DNA of 64,000 bases from Candidatus Latescibacterota bacterium (GTDB lineage Bacteria; Latescibacterota; UBA2968). Positions 1-8,064 of this stretch are shown piece after piece (within the stretch, counting starts at the first letter, position 1; each line of letters starts with the position of its first letter). Location of the stretch: positions 8,128,001 through 8,192,000 of the forward strand of contig OZ240241.1 in the NCBI GenBank assembly GCA_965198115.1, given 5' to 3'. A model generated the notes under the pieces. That model was not told where the DNA came from, searched no databases, and saw only the letters and a list, made by a program, of their open reading frames with translations. Made by a program: the position numbers and the translations under genes.

Positions 1-900
1 GTGTTGATCACATTCGCCAAGGCGCTGGCTCCGGTGTTGCCGTTCGTGACGGAAGAGATTTATCAAAATCTCGCACGGAAGACAGGCGACGATGGAGAGG
101 AAAGTGTCCATCTTTGCGCGATGCCTCAGGCCGACGAAAACCTTCGTGACGCCGAACTGGAGGCGCAGATGAACCTCGCGACACGCGCCGTCGTGCTCGG
201 GCGATCACTCAGGAGCAAACACGACCTGAAGGTGCGCCAGCCACTGCGCAAGCTGTATCTGCTGCCCCCCGACGAGCACAGTCGTGACGAGCTCGTGGAG
301 ATGCGCGATCTGATTGCCGATGAACTGAATATCAAAGAAATCGAGCTCGTCGAGGACGAGACCGAATTGAGCGACGTGTCTTACAAGCCCAATTTCAGGG
401 CCCTCGGCCCGAGGTTCGGCAAGCGGATGAAAGAAGTGGCCGGTCGTGTCCAGAAGCTGACGCAGGATGAGATGAAGACACTCCGTGACGGTGGCGAGTT
501 GGAAGTGGCAGGCGACCGGATTACGATCGACGACTTGGAGGTCCAGCGTTCGGAAAAGGACGAGCTGATCGTAGCGATCGAGAATAACCTGGGTGTGGGG
601 TTAGACGTCCATCTCGACGACGACCTCACCGAAGAGTGCACGGCACGCGAATTCGTGAACCGCGTCCAGAACATGAGGAGAGCGGCGGGGTTGAACGTTT
701 CGGACAGGATCGAAATAGGTGTTCGAGGCGATGCCCATTTGGAGTCCGCCGTCGATCGACATCGAGACTACATATCTGGTGAAACGTTGGCGACAACGCT
801 CCTCGTGGGCAACGATCCGGAAGCCTATTCGCTGATTCAGGAATGGCAGGTCAATGGTTATCAAGGAACGATTGGTATTCGTAAACAACGCGACAATTAG
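1..900 (+). CDS. ileS: Isoleucine--tRNA ligase, C-terminal part (5' end outside the window)
   Basis: LAPVLPFVTEEIYQNL, SVHL, KVRQPL, ELNIK and AREFVNRVQNMRR...LNVSDRI match the type-2 IleRS C-terminus; lspA lies downstream. Confidence 0.93.
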   Translation: MLITFAKALAPVLPFVTEEIYQNLARKTGDDGEESVHLCAMPQADENLRDAELEAQMNLATRAVVLGRSLRSKHDLKVRQPLRKLYLLPPDEHSRDELVEMRDLIADELNIKEIELVEDETELSDVSYKPNFRALGPRFGKRMKEVAGRVQKLTQDEMKTLRDGGELEVAGDRITIDDLEVQRSEKDELIVAIENNLGVGLDVHLDDDLTEECTAREFVNRVQNMRRAAGLNVSDRIEIGVRGDAHLESAVDRHRDYISGETLATTLLVGNDPEAYSLIQEWQVNGYQGTIGIRKQRDN

Positions 901-982
901 CGTCGGTGGACGAAGGTTCAGCTGACCCAACCCTATCCCTTGTTTCGAAACACGAGGCAGGGCGGCTTTGAGGAGGCGGAGG

Positions 983-1363
983 ATGAAGGCGGAAGATCAC
1001 GATTACTTCAAGCGGATGCTCAAGGAGAAGCGGGAGTCGATCATGCACGACCTGGGTCTGCTCGAGACCCATTCGATGAAAACGACATCCGCAGAGTCTT
1101 CGGGCGATCAGATTTATTCTGACCACATGCCTGATCTGGGCAGCGATGCGATGGAACGGGAAAAAGCGTTCATGTTCGCCTCCCGAGACGGGGTCTATCT
1201 GGGACAGCTCGAAGAAGCGCTGCAACGTTTGGAAAAAGGTACCTACGGGATCTGCCGTGTGTGCCGTGTGGACATTCCGCGTGCTTGACTCGAAGCTGTT
1301 CCGACGACCAAGATCTGTGTCTCCTGCAAAGAGAAGGAACATTCGGAAGAAAAGCGCGCATAG
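983..1363 (+). CDS. DksA/TraR-family C4 zinc-finger protein, interrupted by an in-frame TGA at 1286-1288
   Basis: AGGAGG RBS; HMPDLGSDAMERE coiled-coil tip; GTYGICRVC..IPRA*LEAVPTTKICVSCK continues in the same frame to TAG at 1363. Confidence 0.85.
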
Positions 1364-1371
1364 GGGGTTGG

Positions 1372-1872
1372 TTGCAACGACTCTGGATTTCGGGAATCGC
1401 CCTGTTCCTGGACCAACTGTCGAAGTGGCTGGTGACCGTTCACCTCGAGCCACGGACCTCGGTTCCGGTGCTGGGCGATTTTTTCAAGCTCACCTACATC
1501 CACAACCCGGGAGCGATCTTCGGCATCCGTTTCGGCGGCATCTGGGTTCACGTGATCATTTCTGCCGTGGCGCTGGGCGTGGTTTCGAAGATGTTGTGGA
1601 GCTCGCCGGGGGAGGACCGCGCCGGATCGGTTGGACTGTCGCTCGTCCTCGGAGGGGCTGTGGGGAATCTGTTCGATCGGCTCGAAGTCTTCGTCGCGAC
1701 GGGCGGCGCGGTCGTCGACTTTCTGGACTTCGGGATCGGTTCGCTGAGATGGTATATCTTCAACATTGCCGATGCCTGTGTGACGACGGGTGTGGGTCTT
1801 CTCCTTCTCTCCTACTATGGCACAACACGAGCCGAACGAACCGTGGACGATGGAGGTTCCGGCAACCTTTGA
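1372..1872 (+). CDS. lspA: Lipoprotein signal peptidase II
   Basis: DQLSK, NPGAIFG, GGAVGNLFDR, VVDFL and FNIAD motifs; TTG start at 1372 inferred. Confidence 0.93.
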   Translation: MQRLWISGIALFLDQLSKWLVTVHLEPRTSVPVLGDFFKLTYIHNPGAIFGIRFGGIWVHVIISAVALGVVSKMLWSSPGEDRAGSVGLSLVLGGAVGNLFDRLEVFVATGGAVVDFLDFGIGSLRWYIFNIADACVTTGVGLLLLSYYGTTRAERTVDDGGSGNL

Positions 1873-2797
1873 GGGGGCCCGGCTCGATCAATTCGTAGCC
1901 GAGCACTGCGACAGCCTGTCGCGTTCCTCCGTCCAGCGTCTGATTGCGGCTCAGTCCGTGCGAGTCAACGATCGATCCCGGCGTTCGAGCCACCGGCTGC
2001 GTGCGGGTGATGAGGTCCAGGTGACGCTGCCCGCGCCCACGCCGTCGGATATCGTTGCCGAGCCGCGTTCCCTTGACATCGTTTATGAGGACGAGCACTT
2101 CCTCCTCGTCAACAAGCCGGCAGGCATGTCGACGCACCCGTCTTCGACTGAATACACGGGCACGCTCGTGAACGCGCTCCTGGCTCATTGCGAGCTGTCG
2201 ACAATCGGACGACCGCTGAGACCCGGTGTCGTTCATCGACTCGACAAGTCCACGACCGGTCTTCTCGTCGTGGCGAAAGACGATACGACCCACCACGCAC
2301 TTTCCGCACGACTGGCGGATCGCAACATCCAGCGTGGGTACGACGCGCTCTGTTGGGGGCATCCCGGGGAGGATGAAAGCGGGGAGATCGACGCGCCGAT
2401 CGGGCGCCATCGGCGGGATCGGACGAAAATGGCCGTCGACCGAGAGGGTCGGGAAGCGATGACACGCTACCGCGTGTGTGCGCGCTACGATTTTCTGTCG
2501 CGACTGGAGCTACAACTCCAGACCGGACGCACGCATCAGATTCGTGTACATTTGGAGCACATTGGCCACGCTGTGTTCGGAGACCCCGTTTATGGCGGTC
2601 GAGAGAAGCGGCTGAAGGGGATTACACCGATGTTTCGCGCCGACGCCGGGCAGCTGTTGAAGCTGACCGATCGGCAGATGCTTCACGCCGCGAGGCTGGA
2701 ATTCGACCATCCACATACGGGAAAGACGATGATGTTCGAGGCGGAGCTGCCGGAGGACTTTCAGACGGTAGTGGAGAAGCTCGAAGCAGGAGGGTGA
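1817..2797 (+). CDS. rluD: RluA-family 23S rRNA pseudouridine synthase (RluD-like)
   Basis: S4 domain, VNKPAG, HRLDKSTTG catalytic motif, TGRTHQIRVH. Confidence 0.9.
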   Translation: MAQHEPNEPWTMEVPATFEGARLDQFVAEHCDSLSRSSVQRLIAAQSVRVNDRSRRSSHRLRAGDEVQVTLPAPTPSDIVAEPRSLDIVYEDEHFLLVNKPAGMSTHPSSTEYTGTLVNALLAHCELSTIGRPLRPGVVHRLDKSTTGLLVVAKDDTTHHALSARLADRNIQRGYDALCWGHPGEDESGEIDAPIGRHRRDRTKMAVDREGREAMTRYRVCARYDFLSRLELQLQTGRTHQIRVHLEHIGHAVFGDPVYGGREKRLKGITPMFRADAGQLLKLTDRQMLHAARLEFDHPHTGKTMMFEAELPEDFQTVVEKLEAGG

Positions 2798-2862
2798 AGC
2801 GTGGCCGGCCGATGACGAAGCGTGTTCAGTGTTCAGGAAAAACGGCGACGGTTATAAAATAG

Positions 2863-2897
2863 AAGGGGCCCGCTACGTTGTGCGAGGGCCCCTTTTT
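2863..2897. terminator. Probable bidirectional intrinsic terminator between convergent rluD and the ParB-like gene
   Basis: AAGGGGCCC...GGGCCCCTTTTT inverted repeat. Confidence 0.7.
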
Positions 2898-2919
2898 CTA
2901 TTGTGACGGTGATTTGGAT

Positions 2920-3537
2920 TCAAATGTGGGGGGCTTCGCCGTTCTGGATTCGGTCGACCATGGATTCGACGTCCTCGATGGGCGGGTCGTTTTCCCGGAT
3001 ATACCGGAAGAGACGGGTTTTGTCACTGTCGTACTCGAGTCGGGATAGAGCCAGGGCACGTCGTTCGTCGATTTCGCCCGTTCGAACGGCCTCCCGAATC
3101 GGGGGTGGTAGCCGATTGAACCGGCGTGCTATGGCGGCCTCCTCTTCCTTCAGTCCAAACCGTGTCGCCAGTTCCTCGTTGGGAAGATGGAACACGTCGG
3201 CACGGCGGAGGAAGTCGACTTCGTCGGCGATGTTGACGCTGTGCGTCTGGAGGTTGGACTGGAAGGCCAGCTCACGGGCGCGTTCCTCGGAGACACGGCG
3301 AACGATGGCGGGAATGGTTGGCATGCCGAGTCGCAGGCACGCCTCGACGCGACGCTGGCCGATGACGAGTTCGTAACGACCGTTCTCGACGGGTCGAACG
3401 ACGATCGGGTCGATCACGCCGTAGCGCTCGATGGACTTGATGAGTGTCGTCAGGTTTTCGGAATCGAGCCTCTGCCGGATCGTCAACTTTCGCGTGTCGA
3501 TGTGTGCGGTCGGGATTTCAAGCAGAGCGTCGGGCAC
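2920..3537 (-). CDS. Divergent ParB/Srx-fold protein (N-terminal CTPase-like domain, degenerate HTH, no C-terminal dimerisation domain)
   Basis: SIERYGVIDPIVVR, YELVIGQRRVEAC (GxRR), LPPPIREAVRTGEI..RRALAL; GAGGAG RBS before GTG. Confidence 0.8.
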   Translation of the reverse strand: MPDALLEIPTAHIDTRKLTIRQRLDSENLTTLIKSIERYGVIDPIVVRPVENGRYELVIGQRRVEACLRLGMPTIPAIVRRVSEERARELAFQSNLQTHSVNIADEVDFLRRADVFHLPNEELATRFGLKEEEAAIARRFNRLPPPIREAVRTGEIDERRALALSRLEYDSDKTRLFRYIRENDPPIEDVESMVDRIQNGEAPHI

Positions 3538-3576
3538 CGATCGGGCTCCTCATCGTTCTGACAGTCGTTGTCAAAG

Positions 3577-3614
3577 AAGAAAGCCCAAAGCCCGCGGGGA
3601 GCTTTGGACCTTTT
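3577..3614 (-). terminator. Possible terminator or processing hairpin between the mamK-like and ParB-like genes
   Basis: Minus strand AAAGGTCCAAAGC-loop-GCTTTGGGCTTT followed by CTTCTTT. Confidence 0.45.
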
Positions 3615-3645
3615 CCTACAGTGGTTGGCGATGATATCGACGAGA

Positions 3646-4737
3646 TCAGGCGGACGTCCATTCCGATTCTGGCATGTCCTGGGCGAGTCGAAGCGCACCG
3701 AGGGCGCCAGCGTAGACGGGATCGTCGACAACCGTCACCCGCGCTGGCCCGAACTCGGCGAGATCGGATTCGATGACGACGGGGAGGCCGCGAATCTGGC
3801 TGCCCCCACCGGCGAGGACGATGTTGTTTCGGAGCTCATCCTGGAATTCGGGTTCGAACGTGGTGATGAGCTCGCGGATCGACGCGAGTGTGTCGGGTAG
3901 AACATCCTCGCACGCCGCTTTGAGCTCTTCGGCGATGTTGTAGAGGACGGCCTTGCCTTCCACCTGAAACTCCACGCTGATCCCTTCGGTGATGGGCGAG
4001 ACGAAGGCGTAACGCTCTTTGATCGACCTGGCCTGGTTTAACGAGATGGGGGAGTCCTTGACCTTTTCCTGGAGCAAGCCGTGGAATTTGTCGTCGATGA
4101 AGCTTCCGGCCTTGTATAGGGTGCGCTGGTCCTCGTCTTCAGGGATCGTGCCGTGCATGCGACAAAGGTCGAGCGTTCCGGCGCCGATGTCGACAACGAG
4201 AGCGTTGTTGTAGAGCCCGAGTCCATAGGCGACTAGGAAGGGTTCGGAGACGACCATGACGGAGTCGACGAGATCCTGGATCACGTCGATGATGGCCTGT
4301 TTGTCGTTCTCGCTCGCGAGCGCGGGGGCGCCGACGACCGCACGGACAGCCTGATTCGGTCGAATTTCGGCCAGTTCGACGACGTGGCGAACCAATTCGC
4401 GTACGGCCTCGACCTCCCGATTGTCGCCTGCCATCGCACCCGGCTGGGGCCGATACCGGAGCACGCCCTTTTCCAAAGGGTAGAACAGATCGAGGGCCAT
4501 CCGGTTGCGGATGCACTCCTCTCCGTAGACGATCGGTTTCTGCAGGAACTTGTAAGCGATCAGATCCTTGGGCCATCCAACGACGCTGGGAACGGTTCGT
4601 GTGACATCGGTGCTGGTCGCAACGGAGCTGTTGGCCGTTCCCAGATCGATGACCATGTAGAGCACATCCTGTGCTGGCGCCGGGGTCTCCTGAATGCGTT
4701 CCGAAGACGCGCGCTCCTGTCCGGTCTCCTCCGGCAT
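3646..4737 (-). CDS. mamK: Actin-like ATPase, MamK subfamily
   Basis: Actin motifs IDLGTANS, VDIGAGTLD and LAGGGSQI; MamK-type segments SVVGWPKD, LDLFYPLEKGV, SEPFLVAYGL and HGTIPEDEDQRTLYKAG; GAGGAG RBS before ATG at 4737. Confidence 0.8.
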   Translation of the reverse strand: MPEETGQERASSERIQETPAPAQDVLYMVIDLGTANSSVATSTDVTRTVPSVVGWPKDLIAYKFLQKPIVYGEECIRNRMALDLFYPLEKGVLRYRPQPGAMAGDNREVEAVRELVRHVVELAEIRPNQAVRAVVGAPALASENDKQAIIDVIQDLVDSVMVVSEPFLVAYGLGLYNNALVVDIGAGTLDLCRMHGTIPEDEDQRTLYKAGSFIDDKFHGLLQEKVKDSPISLNQARSIKERYAFVSPITEGISVEFQVEGKAVLYNIAEELKAACEDVLPDTLASIRELITTFEPEFQDELRNNIVLAGGGSQIRGLPVVIESDLAEFGPARVTVVDDPVYAGALGALRLAQDMPESEWTSA

Positions 4738-4753
4738 GTTCGACAACTCCTCT

Positions 4754-5104
4754 TCAGTGAGACTGCAATTCGATGGTGATCGGGGCCGTGTCGGTCTCGT
4801 CGTCGGCTGACTCTTCCGAGCTCGAGGGTGTTTCGGGGGGAGGCGTGACGGGTAGACTGGCCTCTTTGACGAACGTTTCTACGATTTGTGTTCGGCGGAT
4901 TCGAAAGCGATCGGCGATGCCACCGGGAATGGCGTGTGGCTCGCTCCTGGGTTCAATCAGCCCGATCCGTGGTGTGGGGGCCACATCCGGTGGGTCGGGG
5001 GGGATCGGGGCGGGCCCATCCGTCCCATCGGGTTCACCTTCGACTCGGCGGCGCCCCTCGACTGCTTCGTTCAATACTTGGTCTGTGAGTGATCGGATGG
5101 ACAC
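4754..5104 (-). CDS. Small Pro/acidic-rich, probably disordered protein (116 aa) directly upstream of the mamK-like gene
   Basis: GTG lies 1 nt after the TPR gene stop; MSIRSLTDQVLNEAVEG...PAPIPPDPPDVAPTP...PPPETPSSSEESADDETD; fills the gap to the mamK RBS exactly. Confidence 0.6.
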   Translation of the reverse strand: MSIRSLTDQVLNEAVEGRRRVEGEPDGTDGPAPIPPDPPDVAPTPRIGLIEPRSEPHAIPGGIADRFRIRRTQIVETFVKEASLPVTPPPETPSSSEESADDETDTAPITIELQSH

Positions 5105-5105
5105 G

Positions 5106-5991
5106 TTAGATCGACTTTTTGAAGAACTCGATCGCTTTGTTGTGCTCGCCCTTGTGTTCGTAGGCGAGCCCGAGACTCTGGTGGATGCCGGGGTGAGCAG
5201 GGTCGAGTTCGACGACGCGGTTGAACGACGTGATGGCGTCGTCGAAACTTCCGCGGGTGTTGTGAACACTCCCGAGTCGGAAATGTGTTTCCGCGTTTTC
5301 GGGTTCTTCGTTCGTTGCCTCGGTCAGACAGCGAACCGCCTCTCCGTAGTTCTCGGTCCGTGTGTAGACTTCGGCCAGTTTGTAGTAGGCCGGGAGGAAG
5401 TGCGAATCGATAGCCATGGCGCTTCGGAGCGCTTCGATGGCTTCTTCGAAAATCGCCGTTGTTGTCGGAGGCGACTCCGAGCTTGTAGCAAGCCGAAGCC
5501 GTACGGTTCAGGTCGACGAGCTTTTGGAAAGAAGCGATGGCCTGCGGATAGTCGCCCTTGTTCTTGTAATTGACCCCGAGATGATCGTGGATCTGCGCCA
5601 GATCCTCACGACCCAATCCAAAGATGTCCTCGAAGAAGGATACGGTCCGATCGGACAGCTGCTTGGCGTAGAGCAGGAAGGTGTAACATGTGCTTTCGAA
5701 GGCGTCGAGCCTCCGTTCGATCCGGTCGAGTCGCGCGAGGACGTCGTCGTCGCCGGGCGAATCGTCGGAGCCTTCGAGGTCCCACTCCTGCGGGAGGCGT
5801 TCTCCGGTGATCTGCGGTGTTGAACTCACGCTGCGTGGTCCTCCGGCGGCCGAGGGGTCGACCTTCCCCACGTATTCGTTGAGAATCTGCTCCTGACGGC
5901 CGCGCTTTCGCTGGCTTCGGGCGATGGCAGGTGTGTCGGGAACAAGGGAGCTTGAACCGACGGCATTCTGGTCTGAGTCTCGGTCGGTCAC
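5106..5991 (-). CDS. MamA-like TPR protein (~294 aa) with a +1 frameshift at the A4 run, 5449-5452
   Basis: Removing one base joins ORFs 5071..5991 and 5106..5417 into ...NNGDFEEAIEALRSAMAID..., giving five TPR units; the YAKQLSDRTVSFFEDIF helix and HFRLG...FDDAITSF...AYEHKGEHNKAIEFFKKS tail resemble MamA. Confidence 0.65.
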
Positions 5992-6985
5992 GATTCGTCC
6001 TTGGTGACCGCGACACGGCGGTCGTAAGACAGGGAACCCGATCGGACAGATATGTGTGACGCCTTGCGATAATTCTCCGCCCGGCTTAAGCTATTCGCAA
6101 AATAGGCAGAATCGTTTCAATACGGTTAACAGTGGAGACCGTTCCCTAATGAGTTGAGGGTCACCTAAGATCTGGCGGCCATGCGACATAGTGCCATAGG
6201 AGTACTTACAAGGCGCAACGGCCAAAAGCGGTTGTCGGACCTACGCCTGATGTCCCTTTCTTTACGCGAACGCGTTTGGCACATTCCGGGGGATCGGGAC
6301 GCGAAACGCTCTCGATCTCCGACGGGTCCGCCATCGGCAGCACCGCCAGGGAGACGGCCGATTTTCTACCCCGCTTCGCCATTTTCGGGAAGCAGCTTCA
6401 AAGCCGCCTTGTCGACAGACGCAAGCTCTTGTTTTTGCACTGGTTTAAGTGTTTCCGACACCTGAAACCCCCCCTTTCGTCGACAACGGCCGCGATGCGC
6501 CCCCCGGAACGAAAATTAGGACGTTTTAGTAGAAGAAACGGTCCACTTACCGGTGTCCAAAAAAAGAGAGCTGACCGTTTCCACCCCCCCTACCCCCCTA
6601 GTGCGGGCCTCGGGCCAGCGATGCGCCCAGGGCCAACACCGCGCACCCCCTATGCCCGCTGGGACCTGGCCTGGCCACGTCTTGAGCCTAATCGGTCGAA
6701 ACGCGCTATTTTCGCGGTTCGAGAGCCTACTTCTCGCGCGTGTGGGAAAATGAAAAGGGCGCGGTCTACATCGGGACGCCCAGAGAGTTCATCCTCCCTT
6801 ATCTCCGGTCGTCAGTTCTTGGTGCGTGAGAATGCGAATAGCGTTGTCTGGGCGGGAATTTATCGTAAGCCGTAACAAGATATGGGCGGGGTCGTTCGGG
6901 GCCCTTAGGATCGGGCCCGATGGTGCAGGGGGAGGTGTTGGGGGAGCGCCCTGGCGTGAGCCGTAGAGGGCGCAAAATCACGACG

Positions 6986-7015
6986 AATATATGGGCATCC
7001 CAACAGCCAAGTCAA
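6986..7015 (-). promoter_or_regulatory. Sigma70-type promoter facing into the 1.1 kb intergenic region
   Basis: TTGACT-N18-TATATT on the minus strand. Confidence 0.5.
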
Positions 7016-7062
7016 GCGCTATTTTCAGGTATTACAAGGACATTTGGGCATGTTGGAGCACG

Positions 7063-7101
7063 GAAAAGGGGTGTCGAATTCGTTCGCATTTCGACACCCC
7101 T
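7063..7101 (-). terminator. Intrinsic terminator of the ferredoxin gene
   Basis: AGGGGTGTCGAA...TTCGACACCCC followed by a T-run on the minus strand, ~20 nt after the stop. Confidence 0.75.
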
Positions 7102-7121
7102 CAGACGGGTTCGCGTTTAAA

Positions 7122-7853
7122 TTAGAGACTGTTCGCGGGTAGCCCGTAGGCCTCCTCGACCTGGTCTGTGTCGACCATCTCGATGGCCTCCCAAGGACAG
7201 ATTTTGACGCATTGGACGCAGCCGATACAATCGGCGAGACGTACCTCGCAAAATGTCCCGATGCCGTCGAGGCCGGCTTCGTTCACGTCCACCTCTTCGA
7301 TGCAGTCGGTCGGGCACACTTCGATGCAGGCATTGCAGCCCGTACAATAGTCGGGGTTGATGATGGCGATGATCTTGGGGCGTCGCTTCTTCTCCGTCAT
7401 TCCCGACCGCGATTCGAGCCAGAGGTAGTCGTGATAACCGATCCGTCCGTAGTCGGAGAATCGCTCGGGCCAGTAGGCGCCCGTTCGCGGGGCGAATATG
7501 AATTCCCCTTCGGTGTGGGCGTGACTCAAACGATAGCGATCGGCGGTGATCAATTGGTCGGGATCGTCGTCGTAGACGAAGCTGATAAGGTCGTAGCGAA
7601 CGGAGACGATGCGGGCGGCCCTGTCTCGCCACTTGAAGTGGGTACCCGGCAGAAATTCGAGCACGGGCATGGCCTGGCGCTCTTCCTCGACTGCCTCGGT
7701 CGTCGCCGGTCCAGCCTGTGCGGTTGCTGCCGCCGGAGAGGCGTCGGCGCTGGCCCCACCTTCCCGGTTGGCCTTTCGAACGGCATCGGCCTTGGCTTTT
7801 GCCCGCTCCACACGATCGGTAATGCCATCGAACTGTGACAGGTCTACGTTCAA
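7122..7853 (-). CDS. 2[4Fe-4S] ferredoxin with an N-terminal DRVERAKAK motif and an unknown middle domain
   Basis: CTGCNACIEVCP and CIGCVQCVKICP; upstream TTGACA-N17-TATCTT at 7902-7930 (minus strand). Confidence 0.85.
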   Translation of the reverse strand: MNVDLSQFDGITDRVERAKAKADAVRKANREGGASADASPAAATAQAGPATTEAVEEERQAMPVLEFLPGTHFKWRDRAARIVSVRYDLISFVYDDDPDQLITADRYRLSHAHTEGEFIFAPRTGAYWPERFSDYGRIGYHDYLWLESRSGMTEKKRRPKIIAIINPDYCTGCNACIEVCPTDCIEEVDVNEAGLDGIGTFCEVRLADCIGCVQCVKICPWEAIEMVDTDQVEEAYGLPANSL

Positions 7854-8064
7854 AACTTCTCTCCACCAGCGTTTTAAACACGCACCGACGAAACCGTGTC
7901 CAAGATAGGGCCAACCCCTTCGCGTGTCAAGGTCACCCTCCCCGACCGAAGACGCTGAAACCCGCGATCTACAAGCGTTTTCGCCCCCAGGATTCTTGAC
8001 TCCCCAGTAGCCGGTGCCTATATTTCGGTCGCTTCAGATGGCCTCACGCCCCGGGAGAATTCGG

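Noticed and set aside
1286-1288. Selenocysteine codon in the DksA-like gene
   Set aside because: It aligns with a conserved Arg rather than a Cys, and I see no convincing SECIS hairpin.
2920-4737. Plasmid ParMR/Alp partition cassette on an integrated element
   Set aside because: No rep gene, integrase or centromere-like iterons are seen, and the actin motifs are MamK-type.
5690-5760. Fourth copy of the DRVERAKAK motif in the TPR protein (LDRIERRLDAF)
   Set aside because: Only a generic coiled-coil resemblance; it lacks DLxxFDxI and AKAK.
2920-5991. Complete magnetosome island or proof of magnetotaxis
   Set aside because: No CDF transporters (MamB/M), HtrA-type MamE/O, LemA-type MamQ, magnetochrome proteins or feoAB are visible in the window.
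6182-6200. Sigma54 promoter (minus strand TGGCACTATGTCGCA) for the mamA-like operon
   Set aside because: GG-to-GC spacing is 9 nt rather than the required 10.
6276-6875. 199-aa ORF in the large intergenic region
   Set aside because: TTG start without an RBS, Arg/Pro/Ser-biased composition and no motifs.
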